From Owenia fusiformis (taxonomy: Eukaryota): a stretch of DNA of 64,000 bases. The notes beneath the pieces were generated by a model. That model was not told where the DNA came from, ran no database searches, and saw only the letters and a list, made by a program, of their open reading frames with translations. The DNA lies in the NCBI GenBank assembly GCA_903813345.2, contig CAIIXF020000001.1, forward strand, positions 31,186,001-31,250,000, given 5' to 3'. Below, piece after piece: positions 36,239-48,500 of this stretch. The first letter of the stretch is position 1. The number at the start of each line of letters is the position of its first letter. The position numbers and the translations under genes were made by a program.

Positions 36239-36386
36239 TAGAGAGGTTTTGCACAACATTTTCAGCTCAACGTATCTTAAATCCATAACGCATTCACCAG
36301 ATTTATGCGTAGCAGGATTTCAATTAAGATGGGATGTGGTTGCAGAGATATGTTTTAGCTATAACCCGTTGTGCAAAACCTCTCTA
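36239..36386. mobile_element. Short MITE or hairpin
   Basis: TAGAGAGGTTTTGCACAAC ... GTTGTGCAAAACCTCTCTA, a perfect 19-bp inverted repeat. Confidence 0.6.
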
Positions 36387-37542
36387 TTGTCATTCTAGAA
36401 ACTTAGCTAATTGACTAGATGCCACTAGACATAATCTTGATTTTTATGAATAGATATTTAAAAGTCAAAGTGATTTCATATTTCAAATGTCCATAAAAAA
36501 AATGTGGTTCTCAAAATTGTTTATCAACTTTGGAATTTATTACTTTGAAAATGTGATTTCTAAGTCAGGTAGATTTCCTATAGAGTCCATGTTATAAAAT
36601 GATTAAATTGTATTGACACCATAGTGGAACTCTTTCAACTGTTTATGAAATGTATCCATTTTGATAAGAAAATGGAGCTGCCTGGGAGTTACAATTTCAC
36701 TTTTTTCATGATTTCACGAAATGTGGGCAGAATCTCAGGACAGTTAACATCTGCACTTTTAATCATTTTGTTTACATCTTTACTTTTGTTTTGTTCACTT
36801 CTGGCGAATCTGATGAATAACTTTTGGCACTTAGGTAATTAAAGCGTGCCTCTGATCCTCTTACTAACCTAAAAATGTTAAAAGAACAGGACTGGCTCAA
36901 AGCAAAATCATCGGATGGTTTCTCTTATAATTTGTACTTCTCAATCCTCATATTTCTCCTCAATCATATTTGATAAAATAATCAATTCATTTTTTGTCAA
37001 TCCTGTATTCTCCAATATTTATATTTATAATCTTAAAACACATGTTAGGCCTAACACACAGCCCCAAGAAAACATGACAGAATGGGAATTAAGGATCACC
37101 GAAAAATGAGCTGTTTTTTGTGACAATTTTGTTAAACTGTATATACAACTACAAAATGTACTATCATTCTGTTTTTGCTTGTTTATTCATTTTATGTTGT
37201 TTGAAATACATGTACTGTTTATTGTTTGCTTATGTCAGGAAAGTCTGTGTCTCCTTATTGTTACTCCTTATTGACCTTGACAAGTAAAGATTGTATAACT
37301 GCCAACTTCTATTCTACATTATTTAGTTTGTTACACCGTTTCATTTATTTTAGCTTGAATGCCAATATTATTATAATGGTTGTTTATAGTTATCAGAAGT
37401 CAGTTTCTTATTTCAATTTTCCAACTTAATTTTTATGTACAAGATAGTAAAGTATGTACAGTCTGAAAGTAAAGCATGTTTTGGTGAGCCAGACTTCTGA
37501 TGATATCATATACTACAACAATTTGCTTTTATTTGCTTTATA

Positions 37543-38535
37543 CAGGGTGACCGGAAAAAAAGGAGACCATTGAAATAGGCAATATCTCCTAAAATAGACT
37601 AGTGACATCAATGAAATTTTGCATACATCAGGACAGTTCTATGGAAATTTGTTCCTGAAAGTGTCAATACAAGCAGTCAACTGGTTCAGGAGCTATGATC
37701 ATTTACATAACATGCTCCAAATAGGCGCAATTGAGACCAACGCAGAGCTGGATACATTTGGCAAATACCCTTACATATTCCGACCTTGTTATGGCATTAC
37801 ATTTAGCATTTATTGCCACCTTTAGGTCAGCAATTGTCTCAGGATTGTTTTGGTACACATTGTCTTTCAAATTGCCCCACAAAAAGAAATCAGGTGGATT
37901 CAAATTTGAGGTGTATGGAGACGAAGCTTATCTGACCTATGGCTTCTGACTCAGTGGTCCCACTCAGTTACAGTATCATCCTAAGGAGGTTTTGGGCAGC
38001 CCTTGGTTTCCATATGGGATTTAATTGTGCCATATAGTGGTTTTAGTAACATGGCACTATGCCCAATACCTAAAGTGACTCTTAAGATTGGGTAAATCAG
38101 CACTTTGGCAACAGGATGATGAACCACATGTCAGATAACCCTTCATTGCCATTACAGCCTAGACTTGAATCCTGCTGATTTCTTTTTGTATGGATATTTG
38201 AAAGACAATCTATACCAAAACAATCCTCAGACTATTGTTGACCTAAAGAAGGCAATCACTGCTATATGTAATGCCATAATAATGCCATAGAGGGCAGAAC
38301 ATGTAAGGGTAGTTTGCCATATGAATCCAACTCTGCGTTGGTCTCAATTGTGCCTATTTGGAGCATGTTATGTAAATGATCATAGCTCCTGAACCAGTTG
38401 AATGCTTGTATTGAAACCTTCAGTAACAAATTTCCATATAACTGTTCCAGTGTATGCAAAATTTCATTGATGGCACTTGTCTAGTTTAGGAGAAATTGAT
38501 TACTTCAATGGTCTCCTTTTTTTCCGGTCACCCTG
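37543..38535. mobile_element. Tc1/mariner foldback element made of two inverted 3' ends
   Basis: TA TSD; CAGGGTGACCGGAAAAAAAGGAGACCATTG termini. The inverted arms of about 350 bp each carry a transposase C-terminal remnant (LNPPDFFLWGNLKDNVYQNNP). Confidence 0.9.
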
Positions 38536-38574
38536 TATATGGTTTTCTCATGCATGTTTCTTTCTTCATTTCAG

Positions 38575-38593
38575 AGATTTTTATCCTTACTAG
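38575..38593 (+). CDS. Possible alternative terminal coding exon of Hook (RDFYPY*)
   Basis: Strong polypyrimidine acceptor tttcttcatttcag ending at 38574. It joins in frame to a potential donor AG|GTGATC at 35901/35902 that overlaps the TGA stop. Confidence 0.35.
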
Positions 38594-40230
38594 CTAACAT
38601 GGCACCTTCCATCTGTAGTCTGTACATGGCTTTACCCTGGTCAACATCTTCCTCTCTAACTAACCATTAAGGCTTCTTACTATGTTATACAGTATTGCCT
38701 GCTAACAGCTAACATGGATATAATAGACTGGGTAGAATTCTATGCATGGATATTGTTTTTTGGGCCACCTCATTAGAAAAAGGGAACATAACATTTTTAC
38801 CTCCAACCAGAGTAATGCTTGGAAAAGGAAAAGGTTACTTATTGCTCATTCTTATAGCCATGAGATCAATTATTCAAGAAATATATCAAAAAGAGTTCTG
38901 CTTTATCATAATTACTGTATCAGGCACTAACCCCCTAATAAGCATCCAATGGCTTCAAACATATCAAGGATTGATCTCTTAAAAATCAAGTGAGTCAGAG
39001 TACTTTCTTCTATACTTATTAAAATCAGCGATGAATGTCTTTGTTCATAGTTATCTTCATTTTTATCTTCACCCCAAAATCTAATGGGTGGCCCTTTATA
39101 TATGGTGCTTTGTATTTCACTTATTCATGCTAAACAATATGGTGAGTGTCAGTGATGTAGATGCTTTGTACAACTTTATGAATGGTGTTTGAGAATTGCT
39201 GTGATTGTAATGAGTTATAGAGACAGTGCAATAGAACATTAAAGTGTGGTAGGCAGTAAGACTATGAAAGCTGATAATTTCACATCTTATTAGCCTATTC
39301 AACACTATAGTTTAGAAATTTATCAAAATATATTCATTGTATGGTGTATAAGACCACATACATGTATTTGGTTTTGCCAGTGAAGTCAAAGTTAAGTCAA
39401 AGTAATACTGATTAAACCCCAATTTGAAAGGGGCATTATTTGTTGAGTAGAGTTATGTCACTCCCAATATACCTAACATCATGGATTTTCAAGAGAAACC
39501 CCATGCTAATATATTCTAGATTCAAACATGGCAGTGCTCTATTTGAATTTCTAAACCAATCAGAATGCTGCATAGCCAATAATGAACATTCATTATTTCT
39601 CCATACAGGCACGACCGTGCTCTATTCAATCTGCTTCCAGGAATCTACATGTACATGTACATGCATTGTGTTGTACTGGTATTATGACGTCACACCTGGG
39701 AATGGCAAAAATAACAGCAAGTTTGGTTATTTCATTGACCTAAATCTCCAATTCTCTGGAACAAGGTTTTCTTTTTTTATGTTTGAATCGGAATAAATAA
39801 TAATGATAAGCCATTCAATATGGTGAAATTCTACATTCGTTGGCCAGAATGTCAGTACAAATGCACTCACCTTCGGTTCATGCTTTGTATGACATTCTGT
39901 CCAACTCATGCTGAATTTCGCCATATTGAATGGCCTATATGGAATTATTTATTCCTTAATCAATGAACTGTTTATATCATAAGCTTAGTGATGTGATTTG
40001 CAACTAAACATACTTGCCAAAAAATTCTGTTTTTGGTTGTCAAAAATATCAGTATAAAAAAAGTCTCTGGCCAGAAAAACATTTTTTCCATGCCTCATGT
40101 ATTTGATCAGGCAACAGGCAAAGAATAAGGCAAAGTATTGTACTATATCATAGATTCCTTCTACCTCATATATTCTCTTGTGTTCAGTTCTTCATTTCAT
40201 GCAACCTTGTCTACATTAATTCAAACACTA

Positions 40231-40587
40231 TTGTTAGTCAACTAAATTTGGTGACCGTTTTAATTTGGCAAAAATTCGCTTATTCATGTCTTCACCAATT
40301 TTTCCTGTTTTTTCCAATTTTTCAATTAGACCCTGTCATCTCCCATCAAAATAAAACAAATTGCAGTCATTTCCTGAATGAAATAGAGTATTAAATGCAT
40401 GCTTCAATTTTATTCACCACATTGGCGACCGTTAATTTCGGAACTGACTGACTCCTGTCAAATTCACCAATTTCACAGATTTTTATTATCATTAGGCTAT
40501 GGAGATTCGCTAAATTAAATCTTCACCAAATTTTCAATTTTGCTCAATTCGCCAAGTTAAATTGCACCAAATTAAGTTGACTAACTG
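40231..40587. mobile_element. Degenerate MITE
   Basis: Imperfect TIRs GTTAGTCAACTAAATTTGGTG ... CACCAAATTAAGTTGACTAAC, flanked by TA. Confidence 0.6.
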
Positions 40588-41988
40588 TAGCTCAGGCTAA
40601 TCACTTGCTAAAAATTTATAGTTTTTGTAACTTTTTAACTTGATCTCGATTTTCATGTGTTTAGACTAGAGACTGTATAACACTAACATTTTCATCCCTA
40701 GGGGTCATATCAAAACATATTATACATATTTATCAAACCATGAAGTTTATTTCATTTCGTCTGAACCCCTAAAAATATTATTGAAAATAAACAGTGCACA
40801 TTATTTCAGATTTTTGCTTGTTTAGCCGAGAACCAACACCCTGCAAAAAACATTGTATATCTAATATTCTGATTGATTAAACTGTAATAAACAAACTCAC
40901 TCTGCATATTTACTAGTTCATTTGCATAATATTTTCAGTCGGTGTTAACTTTTCATTCTTATAGACCACTTTGCATTTATTTTGCTCAGATATTCACTTG
41001 AAAGTCCACTGGGTGTTTATTTAGAAGCACTTGAAAGTGGCTATGGGCCTTTAAAATGAGGGGAAAAAAATTTTATTCACTATTTTTTAAAATAAATGCC
41101 CATGGACCTATTCGTGGGTAAATCTGGGAGGTTTCTATTTTCTTGCTTTTAATTTTTCTGGAATGTGAAAAACCAAATATCATCAAGTCAATCTGGAGTA
41201 TTGAAAACATAAACATGTTTATTTGTTAGTTGAAGAAAAATTGCATGATGAAAATTGTATGTGCATTATGTTTCTCATACTGTTACTAATAAGATAAGAA
41301 CAGACTGGGAATGTGAATTCTACAAAATATGGAAATATACTAGTATATTTGGATGGTTATTTGATATGGAAGGTGATATATTGACATATTGAATCCCACT
41401 TGAGTTTTTAAAATGAGAATAAATGTGCGAATAATAGGGTAGTTTGAGCAATGATAAACCAGATCTGTTTTATATATTAAGAGCTAATTTTAGTGATTGT
41501 GTTTGATACCTGTATTACATATTAAAGAATATATCATAGTGTACATTTATATAGAATATTAAATACTATAAAATATTTTAAAATAAATATTGTATATTTA
41601 AAAGCAAATTGAAGAAATTGTTGTGTTACATGTTATTTAGACTAAAATCATTGATACTCATACTCAATCATTAAATAAAACGAAACACAGAATTCCATTA
41701 AGCAAATCCCCAACATATTTAAAACTAATTTAGCGTAGATTTTCCTTATTGAACGAGCCTTTGAACCTATTTTGACAAACAATCAAAAACTTTATCATAT
41801 CACTGTCATATTCCCCACTCTCTTATTGGTCTATACCATAGAAGTGACCAAAAAATAAGCAGACATATTCATCAGCCAAGCACTGTGATGCCAGTAAGAA
41901 GGCGTATTCCATGAGGCGTATTCACCAGTTGTGTCATTTTTTTTTGTTTAGTGTAAATATGCTGTGCTAAATTGTACTGGTTTTTGTC

Positions 41989-43674
41989 TCATTTCTTCCT
42001 GAGATAGCATTTCATAAAGAGTTGACGTATAACCTGACTGGTGAAAAGGGTCATCAATTGTATGGCACTATAGAAACATAACACATATATCGTATATACC
42101 AGTTTGAACAACTGGATATCAGTCATTCGTAATGTTATGTGTAAAACTGTGTGAAATGCTGTTCCAAAAATCAACATGACAACTTCACTGAAGATCATCT
42201 TGTATTCTGAAAAAAGTTCTCCTCGACGTGAAGGGTGGTTGATACTGAATTGCGATTGATCTTCATTACACTTTCTGCCAGAAGTTGTTTTACGAAATAC
42301 CTTTGAGGAAGCTGGGGAAACCTTAGATTTGGATGTTTTCCATTTCCGAATCATTGAAATTATACTTGGTGAATTTTTCCTTTGACATTCATCCATCTTA
42401 TCACCATGATTGTAAAGTTTTGGTGCATTTATCCCTTGTTCATTGTTTATTTTTTCAAAATTGCCAATGTTGTATATCTCATTGTACATCATTCCACCTT
42501 TATTATTGGAAAGTTCAGGATTACTTGACTTATTGTTTTTCTCTTCATTCAAATCAATTTCTATATGAATCTGGGACACATCATTGGGTGTGTTTGACTG
42601 GCATTGACTGCCATTGCCATTATCAACTGGATGAATCTGAAATATATCAACTGGTGACGTATTGTTTCCTCCTTCATCCTTTATATCTATGTGAATCTGG
42701 GACACATTATCGGGTGCATTTGACTGGCTCTGACTGTCATTGACAGTTCCACCTGGATGAATCTGGAATATACCAACTGGTGACTTGGTTTGACTGCATG
42801 CCTTTGCTTCACTGCTACTGACATGTGGCTGAAAATGTACTTTTCTCAGCTTCTTCCTTAAGCTCCATACTGCCTTAGAGTGTACGATCACTGTTAAAAT
42901 AAAACAGCTTATGTCGGCTGTATTGACCACCCAAACTAAATTATCATTTTGTGGAATAACAGCTAATATTGCAATATACAGGAATTGTATGGCTGACATA
43001 GTACACATTATCCACCAAGGAATTCTTTTGTATGGTTTAGTAACTTTTACTATCCGAACTATACCAATCAAACAAATGTACTTCATACTCAACATACACA
43101 TTGGTAAATACTTGATCCATGCAAAAGCTGCAGGCTGAGTGCATTTATCATAATCCAACATGACAAAGATGGCTATTATCAGTTCTTTGATTATACCACA
43201 AATATGAACAAAGACTTGCACAAAATGGAACAAATTTTCTCTCATATGTAGTCTTTTGCCTCTGTATGCAAGAACAAGCCAGTTTATTTGAATGTACATG
43301 GCTATGGAGCATAAAATAATAACAAATATAGATGCAGTCCTATTGTAGTATACACAGTTGGTGTTGATGACATCAAGACTCTGATTGACTGATGTTAAAT
43401 TGTTACTCATTGTTGTAAAAGTACTGTCCAAAGCATCGTTTTCAGTCACTTTGCTCTGATTGACTGTTGTTAAATTGTTACTCATCGTTGTAAAAGTACT
43501 GTCCAAAGCATCGTTTTCAGTCACTTTGCTCTGATTGACTGTTGTTAAATTGTTACTCATCGTTGTAAAAGTACTGTCCAAAGCATCGTTTTCAGTCATT
43601 TTGCTCAGATTGACTGTTGTTAAATTGTTACTCATCGTTGTAAAAGCACTGTCCAAAGCATCGTTTTCAATCAT
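41989..43674 (-). CDS. Intronless divergent 7TM (rhodopsin-like/chemoreceptor-like) receptor with a repetitive glycosylated N-terminus
   Basis: 561-aa ORF with five hydrophobic segments, a loop of about 215 aa, then two more segments. Cys at the top of TM3; IVRIVKV..KP at the DRY/ICL2 position; helix-8-like IRQLF. Confidence 0.7.
   Translation of the reverse strand: MIENDALDSAFTTMSNNLTTVNLSKMTENDALDSTFTTMSNNLTTVNQSKVTENDALDSTFTTMSNNLTTVNQSKVTENDALDSTFTTMSNNLTSVNQSLDVINTNCVYYNRTASIFVIILCSIAMYIQINWLVLAYRGKRLHMRENLFHFVQVFVHICGIIKELIIAIFVMLDYDKCTQPAAFAWIKYLPMCMLSMKYICLIGIVRIVKVTKPYKRIPWWIMCTMSAIQFLYIAILAVIPQNDNLVWVVNTADISCFILTVIVHSKAVWSLRKKLRKVHFQPHVSSSEAKACSQTKSPVGIFQIHPGGTVNDSQSQSNAPDNVSQIHIDIKDEGGNNTSPVDIFQIHPVDNGNGSQCQSNTPNDVSQIHIEIDLNEEKNNKSSNPELSNNKGGMMYNEIYNIGNFEKINNEQGINAPKLYNHGDKMDECQRKNSPSIISMIRKWKTSKSKVSPASSKVFRKTTSGRKCNEDQSQFSINHPSRRGELFSEYKMIFSEVVMLIFGTAFHTVLHITLRMTDIQLFKLVYTIYVLCFYSAIQLMTLFTSQVIRQLFMKCYLRKK
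43380..43672 (-). repeat. 63-bp coding tandem repeat (about 4.6 copies)
   Basis: Encodes (TENDALDSTFTTMSNNLTTVNQSKV-type) units with NLT and NQS/NLS sequons; near-identical DNA copies. Confidence 0.9.
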
Positions 43675-45573
43675 TTTTTATGTTAAAGATTTTAATTAAT
43701 ATTTCTAATAAAAAGAATTAGTTTGCAATACCTATTTGTGTGCATATTTTTTTAATTTTTTTTTTCACTTTTCTTTTCTATCGAATGAAATCACTCAATG
43801 TTTATCCAGTCATCACTGCACGACAAACTAATAACAGTTGATGAATTCTTGCACCTTTATATTAGTACACGTCCTGTTACATGATTGCGTCATTGATATG
43901 AAATTAATATAATTGCTAATGAAGTACAGTAAACCCTGTGTCATCCAAAATCTTGTGATATAAACCAAAACAACCCAATAAGGTGTGTATTAGAGATTAA
44001 CTTTCCTGTTATCTCAAAATCTGCTTGGAACTATACCATTGGATTACTATGGGAAATCCTCAAAGAGAAAATTCTTGGGATTAAGGAAGGGGTACCATTT
44101 ATACAATTAGAGAAATTATTGGCATACATGAAACCTATTTAAAACAGCATTACTATTATTCAAAAATATCGTAATAATGATTCCCAGCCCTCTGAAGTTT
44201 GAAAAAAAACAATACATGCATGTACCTGGGTGTTAATCCATAGATAATCCTTGAAAATTCTTAGAAATCAAACTACTATGTGACATCATAGATAATTACA
44301 CTGTCACAAATAGAATTTACCTTATGGTGTGAGTACCGTAATCCAACACCAAATTCGAAAATTCACAACAATACTTTGCACTTATGGCGTTCTTGATCAA
44401 CTATAAAACGCTTACCCCCCCCCCCATAGTGTTATTTATCAAAATGTACCTGTTCATATAGGGGTTTGATTGATCTACATTAAATTATAGGGAGTCAGGT
44501 TACTTTTTGAGATATCAGCATCCATTTATTGTAACTTGCGTTTGCTACCATTTCCTCAATTCTGAGATGACGGGCAAACGTGTAGTAAACATGCTCACGT
44601 CGGAACTATTTTGACCTACATCGCTATTTTCATAATTCAAATGAAAGTTGAACTCCTCTTTATTTTCATACCAAATAGTGGCATACTAGGTACCTTAGAA
44701 GCCAACTATGGCGTTATTTAGAACAAAACCACAAGTTTTTAAATGGACTATATAGGGGTCATACATTTTGGCGGATGGATATGTAACCTCACACCTTATT
44801 TTCATAGCTAAGCATAAAATGGGACATCTTTTTTATGCTGGGCACAAAAAGTGATATAAAAAAAAACCAAAAATTTATTTGTTATACTCCATTTTTATAT
44901 AATCTGCTGTTATATATGTTAGTTCAATGGAAATCTGATTTGAACCTTTCTTAACTTGATACAATATGAAGCCCATGATAATCACCATGCAATATTTCAT
45001 AAGCAGTAAGACATTAGATTTGAAAGTATGAATATAACACTATGAAAGCAAGGCATAGTATTGAATTGATGCATGTTAATTAAGCCTTTGTATCAGACCG
45101 GTTGGTATAATGATTTCTTACCATATGTGGTAATAAATGCACATATGAAGTGAAAGTGCATCTTGGTGCCTGTAATTCTCACCAGTAAATTTAACACCAG
45201 TAAATATACAGATGCATTTTTTATTTTCATGTGCATAATTTACATGATACTTAAACAAATGCCAGTATGGGTGTGTGTTATTCACATCATAACATTCATA
45301 ATTTACAAATGTACATCCGAATGCACATTATTTCTTTCTTTGGGTAGATTCACCAACCATGGGTTTCAAGGAGGAGCTATCAGACAACAACTCAAATACG
45401 TCAAGATTTCAAATAACTTAATGTTTTTAGTTTATATTTCTGTATTTTATAATTTAATAAACACAGTTATAATTTTAGAATTGGAAGTAATCTCCAAAAA
45501 TGTTCATGAAGGATGGGAAGGGTATTAAATGTGGAAACATAATTGAATATAAGATTTTCTATTCCACTTTTCA

Positions 45574-48500
45574 CTAGCTTTCTGCATTGCTCCTTTGTTT
45601 CTGTCTCTTTGTTTCTTGGGTTTTTTTAACCTTAGGTGCCTTTTCTAAGCCAATCAAGAATTTCCTGGGAATTTGAAAGGTCTCTGAAAAAAACATGAAA
45701 TGATATTGTGATTTGATTACTTCTAATATACCACATCTCTATACCACATCTACATCAATGTGTTCAATACAATACTAACCAGACAACTCAACCTCTTGAA
45801 CCCAAGCCCTTGGCCCTAGACAACTCATCCCCTTGATAATTCATCATTTACCACATACAGTTAATTACTATTAATATCTCTAGTTACTATGTTACCTTTG
45901 ATACCTATATCTATTATCTATATCTTCTCATCTTCTTCTTCTAAGATCATAAAAGTGAATAAGGAAAAATACTAGAAAATACCAACTCCGGGAGTGGCAA
46001 ATCCCACCAAACACAACATATTTTATCAAATCTTTCGTCACTTTGAACATAACATGAAAGAAATGACCAGGCAGTAGTATTAAGTCCAAATTATCTGAAA
46101 ATGGAAAACTTGAATAGTAATAATGTCTTCTTCAGGCAAAATCTCCATCTAATTAAAAAATTCAACCTTGAGAAGAGGTCCTATAACTATGAGGCATTCA
46201 CCCCTAAAAGGAGGAGGGAAATAAGCGCAACAGATTTTGGACAGTCATATGTTGGATTTTGGATATTTCCTGGGGATCTAAACAGGTGCATATGTTAGGC
46301 CAATGCATTACCTCCAGGAAAATCACTTCTAGAGATGATAAAATAATTTTGATTTTGAGACAGGGTAGATGCAAACAACTCACCCACATGTTTTTTCTGA
46401 AATGTTTTCCTGATTTTCAACCCCTTCCATCCCTGCTTTTTTAATTTTTCTTGCATCAATATGTTGCATTTTGACACACACTTAATCCCTAAAAAAAGGA
46501 ATAAATGATTCCTTTTAGATAAAGTGGAAAACAATATTTCCCATGTTATTTTCCCATAGGGAAAATCATTGCTTTCAGCTATAATTGGTATCTTTAAACC
46601 CCTGAAGGAATCACTCATTCCTTGAGGAGGTTAACATATGGCCTAACATATGCAATTGTTTAAATCCTCAGAAAATGGCCAAAATCCAACATATGACTGT
46701 CCAAAATCTGTTGCGCTAATTTCCCTCCTCCTTTTGACCATAACATGATACCTATATAGTATATGCATTATGCTAAAAAAATTATACTGGAAAATTTCAG
46801 CCATTTTGAATTCAACAGCCATCTTGAAAATTCCTTCTTGTGAGTGTCCTATGTCCCTAAGGCATCAGCATATAAAATTTGAGCCAAATCTGTTGACTAG
46901 TATTTGAGTTACCAAAGATTACATTTTTTAGATAAATAATAAGCAAAGCTTTATTTAGCAATAGTTCTTATTTCCTACCTGTTCTATAATCCCAATGTAT
47001 GGGATAATAGTACATAATCCCATAGGGTATAAAACAGAAGGCTCATTCAATGATGCCCAAGGACATGAACAGGGCTCTTTATGCAAATAGCTTTCACTTA
47101 CAAATACATGTACATACCTAATAATAAATCAGCTATGAAGTTTATCTGGTTTCCTTGAACTAGAACTTGTAAACCTCGCTCTTTTCCTCTATTTGTTCCA
47201 GGAAGTTTGCTAAGAGAGACACTGCTGGCTACACCAACTTTAACCTCTTGGCCAAATCCCTTGGGGTCAATGCCAAAATTCTCGAGATTCTCAACCAGTG
47301 TCACCTACAAGAGAATCAAGGAAACATAAGCCCAATTGTCATTCCTCTAGTTGATTTCATAAACTCTAAGTAATGATAATACAGGGTGTCCAAAAAAACA
47401 GGACCGTAAGAAAGTAGAATAACTTTTTGCAACAATTTTGCATATTTTGCCTTGAAATCTTAGAATTATTTAGTTCATTCAATGTTATTTTGTTGTGAAA
47501 GTTTGATAATAATCTGCCAGTTGAGTCAAAATCTACAGTTCCTTACAAACCATGCCCCAAATGTGCAACTCTCCTCTCTATGCACAAATTAATCCGGCGA
47601 ACAAAGTTGTTGATGATCTTCCTCCACACATATCTTTCTGAATTAGGACAAGTTTATTCCAAGAACAATTGAAACTGGGGCTTACATCCTCCTGATGAAA
47701 TGTTACAGCATCCATTGCATTCTGAACAATGCATTGCCTGGGCGGCAATGAGGAAACATGGAATCATCAGTCCTTTTTGGTTTCGATGGTGACTGGGTAC
47801 GTGATTTCACTATGAACAAGGACCAGTAAGTTCTCGCTAAGTTTTGGAGGTCACTAAGCACCAGAAGGGACATCTAAGGAGATAAGCAGTGGTTTCAACA
47901 AGCCAATACCACCCTAACACTGCAAATGATATGCTGAAATGGTTTAAGCAATGCTTTGGTGGTCAGCTCATCAGTCGCAGAACGCAAACCATATGGGCAG
48001 CTCATTCGCCAGATCTAAATCCCCCAGATTTTTATCTTTGGGGATTTCTCAAAGCCAATGTGTATACTGACAAGCCCCTAACAGTCTTAAAAGGGTAATA
48101 ACTACCCCAATATGTACCATCCACATTGATGTGTATAGGTTAGGGGCATTAACAACTTGGTTCACAGTATTCGTTTGTGTATAGAGAGAAGTGCCCGCTT
48201 TGAGCTTGTTTTGTAAACAGTAAAGTACTGTAGTTTTTGACACAATTGACAGATTATCATCAAACTTACAGAACAAAATTCACATTGAATGAACTAAATA
48301 ATTCTAAAATTTCAAGGCAAAATATGCAAAATTGACCGAATTATTCAATTTTCTTATGGTCCTGTTTTTTTGGACACCCTGTATGTTTTACATAGGAGTC
48401 CAATTCACGAATCAAAAATCCTTAAATGATTCAATGGTGAAATTGTACAATGATTGACAAACAATAAATGTAAATATGAATCATAATTAAACATAAGACA

